Positions 54,761-63,691 of a stretch of DNA of 64,000 bases are shown piece after piece (the first letter of the stretch is position 1; every line of letters begins with the position of its first letter). Below the pieces are notes generated by a model. The model was not told the origin of the DNA. It worked only from the letters and a program-made list of their open reading frames with translations, and searched no databases. A program made the position numbers and the translations under genes. The DNA lies in IMG/VR virus record IMGVR_UViG_3300033168_000001, positions 60-64,059 of that record. One strand, given 5' to 3'. The DNA is from a virus.

Positions 54761-55014
54761 AAGCCGAGACCTGTTGATGTGAGGGCGGCGGCTTGCGCGT
54801 CTACCCACACCTGTCGCAGGCGCTCCACCTGCGGCGCCCTGAGCCCGCCATCGGCCAGGTAGTCGGTGATGCCCTGGAATAGGTCGGCCTGTATCTCAGC
54901 GGGTACCGTCGTGGTGGCGCACTCCCGTAGTTGCCGATCCAGGAGCGCGGCCATCTCGTCTTGCCACGCGGCGGGGCATATCCAGGCCCCGCGCTGTGTG
55001 TGTGGTGGTTGCAT
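54757..55014 (-). CDS. Small hypothetical protein
   Basis: RBS AAGGAG; ATGA overlap. Confidence 0.5.
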   Translation of the reverse strand: MQPPHTQRGAWICPAAWQDEMAALLDRQLRECATTTVPAEIQADLFQGITDYLADGGLRAPQVERLRQVWVDAQAAALTSTGLGL

Positions 55015-55029
55015 CGTGAACGCTCCTTG

Positions 55030-56064
55030 TTAGAACGGCAGGGCGACGGTGAGCCGCTCGTCGATGCGCTTATCAAGCGTGGCGTACTGCTCCGGGGTGA
55101 TTCCGCCAGCGTCCGGTCCCGCGTCGCGCGCCGTGAGCGCGTCCTGCCGGACCTCGTGCGCGCCGTCCTCATTGGAGACCAGTCCAACACGGCGCTCCAA
55201 TTCGTTGTAGGGCACGACGGGCGGGGTAGCTTGGGCCTCAATCACCTGGGGCGCGGCCAACGCGGCTTTCACCGTGTCCTTGAGCGCGGTCAGGGTCGCG
55301 GCCTCGTCTGCGGTGATCTGGCCGGCCTTGCGTGCGGCCTTGAGCGCGTTCCACGCCGCCAGTAGATCATCCTGGGTTGTGGCCGCATTGAAGTCCCGCC
55401 AGAGATGGTCGTAGACGCCGGTCATGGTGGGGTCGTCGATCACTTCGCCGGTCGCGGTGTTGATCGTGCGCCCGCTTGGCGTCACGTCTACGACGGTCGG
55501 CGTCGCGCCGTCCTGGGCCTGCATGTCCTCCATCTCCTCCTCTGAGTACATTCCTCCGATGGAGTCGGGGAAAGCCATGCGCGCCACGTTGGAGATGCAG
55601 CGGGCGCGCAGCATGTTGCCGGGGATTTTCTTCCAGTTGGGGTTTGTGGAGGGGTAGCCAGCGCGCTCGGCGTCCTTGATGCTAAAGCTGTACTCCTGGC
55701 GCTGCGTGGCCGTGCGACGCCTGTAGCTGACCGTGGCGCGTTCGTCGGTCGCCTCAAGCCATTGCAGTGAGTCGTCGCCGTGATCGCGGTAGATCAGCGC
55801 GGCCATGGTTTCAGCGGTCACAGTCGGCTTGCCTTTGATGACGTTGATCCCGTTGATCGCCGTCATGGCTGGCAATCCTAACTCCCGGCCTTTGAGCATG
55901 ATTGTCAGGATGGCGGCGCGATTGCCTTTGAGGCTATCGGGCATCAGTCCGCTGTCGGCCAGGACGGCCGACATTTGGGACATGGTCGACCACGCATCCG
56001 GCGCGGGCAGCAGTGACGTATCTGCGCGTGTCGTCGTCAGTTGCGTCGAGGTGTTTGTACTCAT
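55030..56064 (-). CDS. RecT/Bet-like single-strand annealing protein
   Basis: IMLKGRELGLPAM.AINGINVIKGKPT, WKKIPGNMLRARCIS..AR.AFPD..GGMYSEEEM. Confidence 0.85.
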   Translation of the reverse strand: MSTNTSTQLTTTRADTSLLPAPDAWSTMSQMSAVLADSGLMPDSLKGNRAAILTIMLKGRELGLPAMTAINGINVIKGKPTVTAETMAALIYRDHGDDSLQWLEATDERATVSYRRRTATQRQEYSFSIKDAERAGYPSTNPNWKKIPGNMLRARCISNVARMAFPDSIGGMYSEEEMEDMQAQDGATPTVVDVTPSGRTINTATGEVIDDPTMTGVYDHLWRDFNAATTQDDLLAAWNALKAARKAGQITADEAATLTALKDTVKAALAAPQVIEAQATPPVVPYNELERRVGLVSNEDGAHEVRQDALTARDAGPDAGGITPEQYATLDKRIDERLTVALPF

Positions 56065-56474
56065 CTAGAACCTCCCAGGATACCCCCGCCCTTTAGGGCT
56101 GGGGAGGAATGGGATCGGCCCCTGGGCGATGGGCTGCGTGAGCAGCACAGAGCCCCCATCCATCGGGCGATCCGTGGTAAAATAAGGGTAACGTTCCGCA
56201 AAGGCACAAGCCGTTGACCAACGGCGGGAACACGGTTTCGTGTGGACGTGCGTGGTACCGGATAGCAATGGGCTATCCGATGAGGCAGGGGTAAGTCGAG
56301 AGAATCGACGGGACGGCGGCTGCATGGTCCTGACTCCTGTTGTGGTCGGTCGTACACCCTCGGGTGGCCGGAGCAGTCCGGTTGTAGTGCGGCCGGGAGG
56401 TCCGCCCCCTGTGTCGGGTATCGAAAGGGGCAGGGCTGCTGAAAGCCCACGGCTTTAGTCGTGTGGCACATTAC
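56065..56474 (+). mobile_element. Non-autonomous IS200/IS605 derivative 3
   Basis: Target TCAT; left end like element 1; right 193 bp near-identical to element 2; TGGTAAAAT at 56175; ends ..TTAC. Confidence 0.85.
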
Positions 56475-56806
56475 AGGTGTGCGAACTCCAATCAGTCAGA
56501 TGGTCGATTAACGGGTGATGAGATAGACGATGTTGGACCACTCCAACACGCCCACGATGAGCAGCGCCAGGGCGATCCACCAGTCGTCTTTGAGCGTGAC
56601 CACCAGGGCTACGACGGTGAACTCGATCAATAAAGCCCACACGAGGCCCCTCCAGACGCGGTTGTAGCGCTCTCCAACGACGCTACGATGCCATGCGGGG
56701 CGATAGGGGCCACCCTCGCAACAAAGGCGCAGGACGTGGTGCTCTGGATGCGGCGTGATGACACGCCTGGATGGTTGCTGTGAGCTGCTAGCTGTGGGGG
56801 TCATCA

Positions 56807-57070
56807 TCATGCCCCCCAGAACGCTTGACTCTCGTTGTAGGCCTCGACAAGCGCGGTATAGACGCGCATCAGCCGGTCCATCTCGCCGTCGTAGCGCGTG
56901 ATAAGCCAGTCGAAACGGGCTGTGTGCCCACGCCACGCGGCGACGTGCAGATGGGCCGTGGCACGCTTGAGCGCGCATATCTCGTTAGCCGTGCCGTCCA
57001 GACTCTCACGGAGAACGTCGGGTGTGGACTGTTGCCGCGTGCGGCGCGTCAGGTGGTTGTGGAAGGTCAT
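56807..57070 (-). CDS. Small hypothetical protein
   Basis: ATGA overlap with the upstream gene. Confidence 0.45.
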   Translation of the reverse strand: MTFHNHLTRRTRQQSTPDVLRESLDGTANEICALKRATAHLHVAAWRGHTARFDWLITRYDGEMDRLMRVYTALVEAYNESQAFWGA

Positions 57071-57792
57071 AAGCGTGTCGTGGCCGATGCGACATCAGAC
57101 GCGGCAGAGACTGGATACAGCGCGAGCGCACGATTGAACACGTCGAGCGCGCTTTGGCGTATAGTCGCGCTGTCTATCGTCGTTCGCTTGGCGGAGGCGG
57201 CGGCGTAGGATGCGGAGGCGGCGGCGTAGGATGCGGAGGCGGCGTAGGATGCGGCGTAGGCGTTGTAGGCGGCGTTGTAGGCGGCGTTGTAGGCGGCGTT
57301 GTAGGCGGCGGCGTCGGCGTTGTAGGCGGCGTTGTAGGCATCTTTAGCTGTGCGTGCCGTTGCCGCATCAACGATAGGCGCAAGCGCGCGCAGGGTGGCC
57401 GCGTGATCCGTGAGGCCAATCGCATCGAGCGCGCGCGGCGTGATGTCACGGACAGCCCAATCCGCCAGCAGATACGCCGCCTGTTGGTCGATGTCATAAT
57501 GACCCGCCGTGCCGATGAGGCGCGGCGCGAAAGGCTTGAGGTCATCCAGATGGTCAGCGAACAAGCGATCATTGAGATTGCGTCCGAATGCGGCCAGGAC
57601 CGGGCTGACGCATTGTGGCCGATCTGACCACGGCTCATGAGCGAGCCATGATGATAGTTCGAGAAGGCACGCGCCGTCGTCGATGTTTTGGTGGCTGCCG
57701 GTGGAGAGCGTGATCGTGTCTAGTGTACGTTGCTGTTGTTGCATCGTCGTTGCTCCGTTATCTGTGTGTGGTGTTGTCGGTGTCGTGGTCAT
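57067..57792 (-). CDS. Phage protein with AYNA/ASY low-complexity repeats
   Basis: LSTGSH..DGACLLE..WSDRPQCVSPVL; tandem GCCTACAACGCC units at about 57190-57340. Confidence 0.65.
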   Translation of the reverse strand: MTTTPTTPHTDNGATTMQQQQRTLDTITLSTGSHQNIDDGACLLELSSWLAHEPWSDRPQCVSPVLAAFGRNLNDRLFADHLDDLKPFAPRLIGTAGHYDIDQQAAYLLADWAVRDITPRALDAIGLTDHAATLRALAPIVDAATARTAKDAYNAAYNADAAAYNAAYNAAYNAAYNAYAASYAASASYAAASASYAAASAKRTTIDSATIRQSALDVFNRALALYPVSAASDVASATTRL

Positions 57793-58343
57793 GAGCCATA
57801 CCCTTTCAAGGCCAGCTTGATCTCGCGTAAGGCGTCCTCGACCTGACACGACGTGTCAGGTCGAGGATTATCCAGATAGGCGTCCCGCGCCATCTCAATG
57901 GCAACATCGGCCAGCCCCTCCAGGATGGCGACAATGGCGCGCTCAGTCGCGGCGCTCATGACCGGTCCCCGAGGAGGGCCACGGCCAGCCGCGCCACAGC
58001 CTGCTCCGTCTCGATCTGCGCGAGGCTGTGCGGCACGCCCGTGCGGGCCGCGTCCAGCTCGTCGAGCCACAACAGCAGTTGCACCTCCACCACGGCGCGT
58101 GAGATCGGGTGGCCCGCGCGCACGAGGTCCATAATCGCCGCGATGTTCCGGTCGGTGTCAGAGCGGGGTGAACTATCTGATTGACAGCCCCGCGCAGAGT
58201 TATGTATACTGCGGGCAGATGGTGTGTTAGCTGCATACATCGTTCTTCCGTTGATCCTTTCCCGGCTGATGTGCTCCACACATCAGCCGGTTTTGCTATT
58301 CCTCGGAGCCGCCACGGAGCGGGGCGTCGGGTTGTCTGTGCAT

Positions 58344-58622
58344 TCATGCTGCTGTTGCCTCCTTCGCGACGGCCCTCTTCGCGCGCCGCCGACGGCCCGG
58401 CGGCAAGATGTCGGCATCCCAGTCGAACAACTCGTGCGCCTGGATGCCATAGGTCGTCTTAAATGCCTCACTAATTTTGTTCGCCTCCTCTCGCGTAAAG
58501 GGGTAACGACCCGCGCGTAGGCGCCGGTACCTGTCCGCGGAGGCCCCAAGGACATCGCGTACCCACATTTCGTCGATGTGCTTGTCCTTCACCACATCAA
58601 AAACATGGACGCCTTTTGCCAT
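58344..58622 (-). CDS. Cro-like HTH regulator
   Basis: WVRDVLGASADRYRRLRAGRYPFTREEANKISEAF; divergent from the repressor. Confidence 0.65.
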   Translation of the reverse strand: MAKGVHVFDVVKDKHIDEMWVRDVLGASADRYRRLRAGRYPFTREEANKISEAFKTTYGIQAHELFDWDADILPPGRRRRAKRAVAKEATAA

Positions 58623-58671
58623 ACGCACCTCCCGAGATGTACGACAATGCAATTGAATTGCCGATATAGAT

Positions 58672-58700
58672 AGAGTACAGCAACGCAATTGCTTTGTCAA
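58672..58700 (-). promoter_or_regulatory. Early lytic promoter candidate with overlapping operator-like repeats
   Basis: TTGACA-17 bp-TACTCT on the minus strand; GCAATTG-type repeats at about 58645-58692. Confidence 0.65.
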
Positions 58701-58811
58701 TAGCCTATGGGCGTGCGTTTAGGTCAGTATAAAAGCACGTATACAGGCGTTTATGATATTGTATGGATGTGAAATGCAGTTGCATTGGCGTAAAGGTTAG
58801 AGGAGTTGACA

Positions 58812-59195
58812 GTGGCAGTTGCGGTGATGGAAATGGAGAGGACTAAGCGTGGCATCCCTGATTTTGACCGGCTTGAAGCGCGCATACGCGACGGCGCGCA
58901 GCTGAAGGGGACGTCGCTTCGTGAACTAAGTCTTGACCTTGGATTTAGCCATGCCACGATTACCGAGATGTTGCGCCATCGCAGCAAAGCGGGCCGGGAT
59001 GTCCTGATTGCCCTGGCGGACTACTTCGACGAGTCGCGCGAAGAATGGCAAAAAATGGGGGGTTTTGACGTTCAGGCGCTGCCGCAGGATAAAGGTTTTA
59101 CCACGGCCGAACGCACAATCGCCCGTCTATTTGCCGCCCTTAGCGAGGAGGATAAGGCAGCTTTTCTTCATGAGCTAGCCGAGTGGGAGCAGTAA
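58812..59195 (+). CDS. CI-like XRE-family repressor
   Basis: SLRELSLDLGFSHATITEMLR...LIALADYF; RBS AGGAG 6 nt before GTG. Confidence 0.75.
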   Translation: MAVAVMEMERTKRGIPDFDRLEARIRDGAQLKGTSLRELSLDLGFSHATITEMLRHRSKAGRDVLIALADYFDESREEWQKMGGFDVQALPQDKGFTTAERTIARLFAALSEEDKAAFLHELAEWEQ

Positions 59196-59564
59196 GCCGA
59201 TCAGGAGCAGCATACAGACCGCTCGCATAGGCGGCATGCAAGAGCAGACATGCGCCCCTTGTATCGTGACGTCTTTCTAGATCAGCGCGCACGCCTGGTG
59301 TGAGTAACACTCTTATCGCACGCCGCGCAATCTCTACATCGTCCACGACCGCCTCCCGTCTTCTTTATACGTATAGAACATACGTTCCACAATACATCTA
59401 AAGGGGCAGGTGCGTCAAGAAACCGTCCGTCGTGAGGGGAACAAAACATCACACCAACGCTATCCCTTATGCCTCCGCTGCGACCTGACGATGAGCGGTC
59501 CAACCTCTCCTAGATGCCCCTCCAACCACTGTGCTATCATCTCTAGCAGAGGGAGGGACACCAC

Positions 59565-60086
59565 ATGCATCGTAGGGATATACCGACACTCAGCGTCGCG
59601 GAGGCCGCCAAGCTACTCACGGTTCACGCCAACACGATACGCTACCGCTTGACGAAAGGCGTCTATAAACATTCCAAAGCGGTGACGCCGACCGGCGAGG
59701 TCTACATGATCGACGCCCGCGACTTCTATCGGCAACATCCAGAGGTCGCGCCGGAGGGCTGGTCGCACGGGGTGTTGGAGGGGGATACAGCATTTGTTGG
59801 AGATAGCGACGCCATCGAGGGCGGCGCGGGCGCGCGGGCGATGGAGCCCCTACAGGAGGGCGCCACAGGGGCGCTCGCGTTCACGCCGGCGATGCTGCGG
59901 TCTATCGTGCATGACGAGGTACAAACGGCTGTATCGCCCCTTCACGAGGCGCTACGTGTGTCACATGAGGATAGTCAGATGCTCCGACAACAGGTGACGC
60001 AACTGCAACAACAGCAAGCGGTGATTTACCATGAGGTACGGCAGCAGCGGGGGAGGGGCGTCCTCCGGCGCTTGATGGGGTTGTAG
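59565..60086 (+). CDS. Excisionase/MerR-like HTH with C-terminal coiled coil
   Basis: LSVAEAAKLLTVHANTIRYRL; ends GVLRRLMGL. Confidence 0.7.
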   Translation: MHRRDIPTLSVAEAAKLLTVHANTIRYRLTKGVYKHSKAVTPTGEVYMIDARDFYRQHPEVAPEGWSHGVLEGDTAFVGDSDAIEGGAGARAMEPLQEGATGALAFTPAMLRSIVHDEVQTAVSPLHEALRVSHEDSQMLRQQVTQLQQQQAVIYHEVRQQRGRGVLRRLMGL

Positions 60087-60088
60087 TC

Positions 60089-60670
60089 ATGCCCGACGAC
60101 GATGTACGGCTCGATGAGGAGATGGAGGCTCCGAACTACACGCAGTTTCCTAACCTTCTCCTTGACTGGCTTATGCCGAAAGTGTCGGGAGCCGAGTTCA
60201 AGGTTATCGCCTACATCGTCCGGCAAACCTGGGGCTACCATCGCTATGACGACTTCGTACCGATCAGCTTGACGGCGATCGTCGCCGGCACGGGCCTGTC
60301 ACGCAGCGCGGTGAACGATGCGCTCAAGATGTACGATCAGCGCGGCTTCATCCTCATCGACAAGCACGCCAGTTCGGCTCACGGCAAGGAGTCAAACACC
60401 TACCGCTTGCGCGTGCGGAAAAATGGCATAGCTAGTAGTCCAGGACTACTAGGGTCGACGGCGCCCTCGTCGCCTGAGACTACTAGCCCTAGTCGTGTGG
60501 GACTACCTCCTATCCTTATGAAAGAAAATAGAAAAGATAGGATAGACAAAAACCCCGACCTGTACAGACAGGTCGGGGATCGTTGGCAGTGCATCGCGTG
60601 TTGGGGCTGGGACGGCCGCCACGGCGAGGGCTGCCGGGTGGGGCAGGCCGAGGCCGAGGCGGCGGGTTAG
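60089..60670 (+). CDS. Phage replication initiator-like (O-type N terminus)
   Basis: NYTQFPNLLLDWLMPKVSGAEFKVIAYIVRQTWGY..ISL..GTGLSRSAV. Confidence 0.75.
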   Translation: MPDDDVRLDEEMEAPNYTQFPNLLLDWLMPKVSGAEFKVIAYIVRQTWGYHRYDDFVPISLTAIVAGTGLSRSAVNDALKMYDQRGFILIDKHASSAHGKESNTYRLRVRKNGIASSPGLLGSTAPSSPETTSPSRVGLPPILMKENRKDRIDKNPDLYRQVGDRWQCIACWGWDGRHGEGCRVGQAEAEAAG

Positions 60671-60849
60671 CGCCGGCGCCAGGGCCGCGTGTAGATCACC
60701 TCAACCCATGCGCCCTCCGGGTCCAAGATGTTGGCATAGCCGCGCCCGTTGACGGCCTTGACGAGCCGGCGTCGGTCGCGCCATCCCCACCGCTCGATGC
60801 CGCAAAAGCCGCGCCCGCGACAGTGTGCATGCCCGTAGGGACAGCCCAT

Positions 60850-61134
60850 CTAGCCCTCCTTGTCTTCGTCCATTTGCCGATGCTCAATCCACCATCGTTG
60901 ATATCCGATGCGTCGATAGATGCGACTGTGCACGTCCATCATCGCGGATCGGTAGTCCCGTTTCTTACCAAGGAGCGTCAAATCCATCAGGTGAACCAAG
61001 AACGATTCCAAGCAGTGTTTCTGGCTCTCCGCTGATCTATATTGCAATTCAGCGATCTGGCGATAACTCCCATTAGACTCGATATGCACACGTTGGCCGC
61101 ATGTTGGGCATGGTTCAATAGTTGGCGCATCCAT
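60850..61134 (-). CDS. Hypothetical protein with Zn ribbon
   Basis: CPTCG; RBS GGAGG. Confidence 0.5.
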   Translation of the reverse strand: MDAPTIEPCPTCGQRVHIESNGSYRQIAELQYRSAESQKHCLESFLVHLMDLTLLGKKRDYRSAMMDVHSRIYRRIGYQRWWIEHRQMDEDKEG

Positions 61135-61243
61135 TTCAACCTCCTTTTTCGCTCTAAAACACAGGCAGGACGCACGGAAAGCGCTCTTACTGTGTGTGCT
61201 CTCTCGTACTACGACACGCCCTCACCGGGCCTGGCGCGCCTGC

Positions 61244-61606
61244 TCATGACTGCGTTCCTCCCTGGCCCTCACGCCGTAATTGCTCTAACCGCTCCATTTC
61301 ATCATCAAGCGATGCCTGGTAGAGCTTGGCTGCGTGCAGTTTGGTGAAGGGCGCGTCAGGATGCCACCGGGTTTCTTCCTGTGACATCAAAAAGCGCCGC
61401 GTGATGGCGATCATCTTGGGAGCTACCCGTTCGGCGCATGGTAGACATACCTCATGGCCTTTGGCAAAGCCGTTCTTGTAAGAGACCATCTCCTTGGGTT
61501 GAACGGTCCACTGCGTGTGGCAGATGACGCATGTTACCTGGGCCTCACATTGCGCCTCACGCATCTCGTAGACTGCACGGGAATTCTCCGACTCAATCGA
61601 GTTCAT
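61244..61606 (-). CDS. Hypothetical protein with Zn ribbon
   Basis: CVIC...CLPC; ATGA overlap. Confidence 0.5.
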   Translation of the reverse strand: MNSIESENSRAVYEMREAQCEAQVTCVICHTQWTVQPKEMVSYKNGFAKGHEVCLPCAERVAPKMIAITRRFLMSQEETRWHPDAPFTKLHAAKLYQASLDDEMERLEQLRREGQGGTQS

Positions 61607-61818
61607 TGCTGCCCCTCTGCACGCTCATGCCGTCGTGCCTCTGCCGTGAGTTGGTCGAGTCGCTCCTTAATGAGCTGCCGTAGCGCGATCGTTGGCGGCA
61701 CTAGTCGCTGCTGCGCTATCTCCTTTATGGCGGGCTCCAGGTCGCGGGGTAACCGGACCGTGACCTGCCATGTCTTGTCGTCTACTGCTGGCATCTCTAA
61801 CACTCCCACTGCGTTCAT
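61603..61818 (-). CDS. Ribbon-helix-helix regulator
   Basis: QVTVRLPRDLEPAIKEIAQQRLVPPTIALRQLIKERL. Confidence 0.7.
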   Translation of the reverse strand: MNAVGVLEMPAVDDKTWQVTVRLPRDLEPAIKEIAQQRLVPPTIALRQLIKERLDQLTAEARRHERAEGQQ

Positions 61819-61896
61819 TGTACGTACCTCCTTAGTCTACTACGTGCTATCTACACATACTACACCACTATCCGCCATCTTTAACAATGTAATAGA

Positions 61897-61925
61897 TTGA
61901 CACAGACTCTAATGGGTGCTATACT
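61897..61925 (+). promoter_or_regulatory. Near-consensus sigma-70 promoter
   Basis: TTGACA-17 bp-TATACT. Confidence 0.75.
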
Positions 61926-62015
61926 AGAAGGGTGAGGAGCGGATAGCTTCCACAAAGAAAAGGCCGAGGCGCTGCGACAACAGCCCTCGGCCAGAGCACG
62001 ACGAAGGTGATCGCC

Positions 62016-62465
62016 ATGCCAGTCAAAGTATCGCAGACCTACAAGCCCACCGTCCGCTTAACCACCCACCGGGGACACTACCGCGTCCAGTCCGGTACCG
62101 ACCCGCACACCTGGTACGAGACAACTGCCAACTCGTGCACCTGCCCGGCCCGTAAGCCCTGTAAGCATCAGAAGTTCGTCCGCTCGTTGAACGTGAGCTT
62201 TTATGTCACGAAGGAGGCCGAGGCCCCGGTGGTCGTGCCGATGTCGGCTGGCGCTCCGAGTGGGCTCGTGCGGCCCGTGCAAGGCAATCCCACCGCCGGT
62301 GTCGACGCACAGATCGACGCGGCCGAGGCGCGGCTCGCCCAGGCGCGGCGGGCGCTTCAAGACACGGATCTCCGCGATGATAGCTATGCGGTCCTGTGGC
62401 GCCAGGTGGATACGTTGGAGCGGGAAGTGGCCGCGCTGCACTACAGTGCAATGAGAGCGGCGTAG
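62016..62465 (+). CDS. SWIM zinc-finger protein, paralog of 10209-10754
   Basis: YRVQS...SCTCPARKPCKH; shared peptide VPM(T/S)AGAPSG(I/L)VRPV. Confidence 0.7.
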   Translation: MPVKVSQTYKPTVRLTTHRGHYRVQSGTDPHTWYETTANSCTCPARKPCKHQKFVRSLNVSFYVTKEAEAPVVVPMSAGAPSGLVRPVQGNPTAGVDAQIDAAEARLAQARRALQDTDLRDDSYAVLWRQVDTLEREVAALHYSAMRAA

Positions 62466-62466
62466 T

Positions 62467-62682
62467 ATGAGCCCTACACCATCATCTCCGGTCCGTGGTG
62501 GAATTAATTCCACCACGGCGCCCTGCCCTACCCTCGCCGCCGAGCGCGCCACGTACGCCTATGCGGGCAACGGCCGGTTCATGCCCGCCAACGCCGCCGC
62601 CTGGCGCGAGGTAGACGCCTGGAATGAGTACGCTACGATGATGACGGACCGCAGCGCGGCCGCGAGGAGCCTACGCCAATGA
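62467..62682 (+). CDS. Small hypothetical protein, paralog of 11021-11212
   Basis: Shared G.GR..PAN.AA..E..AWNEYA motif. Confidence 0.55.
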   Translation: MSPTPSSPVRGGINSTTAPCPTLAAERATYAYAGNGRFMPANAAAWREVDAWNEYATMMTDRSAAARSLRQ

Positions 62683-62929
62683 CCACTGAGACCGCTCACC
62701 AGATCGCCCCACCGGCCCCGCCCGCGACCTCGTACACGCCCGCTTGGGCTGTCTACGTCTATGACTCGATTGGATACGTGACGTTCAATGGTCGCCTCGT
62801 GGCGACGGAAAAATGCCCCACGGCGGCACAGGAGGCCAGCCTCGTGGCGACCAGGGATCGCCTCAACCACCGCAACGCCGCGCACTGATCCGTGCCGGCA
62901 CGACGATATCGTTAAGGAGCTAGCTCATC

Positions 62930-63292
62930 ATGACCACCAACGCACCACACTGCGCGTCCTTTAACCCCGACGACCGCGCCACGTTCGCGCAGCACATGAC
63001 CGCGCGCCACCACGCCTATGAGGAGGCGCTTGTCGTCCTCGACCGGAACGGGGATATCGCGCTCGACTACGGGGACGGGTTGCATCTCATCACCGTCCTC
63101 CAACGCGCCATTGCCGCGCATGACATTACCCTCTTTGGCGACGGGAGCCAGGAGCAGCCCGTCGACGCGCGTGAGGGCTACAACCAGATGCGCTTAGACG
63201 CGGAGGCCCTCGCCCACCTCACCAAAACGTTCTGTGACGATGAATGGCGGTCTAGCCACCGCCTGGAGGCCGGCGTCAACATCGACGACTAA
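62930..63292 (+). CDS. Hypothetical protein
   Basis: RBS AAGGAG; followed by a hairpin. Confidence 0.55.
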   Translation: MTTNAPHCASFNPDDRATFAQHMTARHHAYEEALVVLDRNGDIALDYGDGLHLITVLQRAIAAHDITLFGDGSQEQPVDAREGYNQMRLDAEALAHLTKTFCDDEWRSSHRLEAGVNIDD

Positions 63293-63312
63293 CGACCATC
63301 GACCGCACCCCG

Positions 63313-63344
63313 AGGGCCGCCGGCGTTCTGCCGGTGGCCCTCTT
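63313..63344 (+). terminator. Terminator-like hairpin
   Basis: GAGGGCCGCCGGC-GTTCT-GCCGGTGGCCCTC followed by TT. Confidence 0.5.
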
Positions 63345-63389
63345 CGCGTTGCAGGCTGTTACAATCGCCGGTAGAAGGAGGGAGGAGCG

Positions 63390-63635
63390 ATGGTGAAGAG
63401 TCACCGGGTCGGCCGCGCGACGCTAGACGATGGCGTGGTCACGACCGCCTACCGCGCGGTCGTCGCGTTTGAATGCGTCGAGTGTGCCAAGGCTATCGCG
63501 CCGGGCGCCCTCTTTTCGCGCCGGCCTCGACGCACCCCTCCAGGGATGTTTGGCTTGACAACGACCGACCCCGTTTGCCTCACCTGCCGCCCGCTACGCC
63601 TGGAGGGCATTGACGAGGGGCCTGTAAGCGGTTAA
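63390..63635 (+). CDS. Small Zn-binding hypothetical protein
   Basis: CVEC...CLTC; RBS GGAGG. Confidence 0.5.
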   Translation: MVKSHRVGRATLDDGVVTTAYRAVVAFECVECAKAIAPGALFSRRPRRTPPGMFGLTTTDPVCLTCRPLRLEGIDEGPVSG

Positions 63636-63691
63636 GACTCCATCTACCATGCGCGTCCCTCGTCGTGTTAGGGCGTGGTACACTGGCGGGC

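Larger units (their letters stand above)
12825..59195 (-). mobile_element. Temperate long-tailed phage (prophage or phage contig); boundaries approximate
   Basis: Contiguous lysis, tail, head, packaging, replication and immunity modules in canonical order. Confidence 0.9.
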
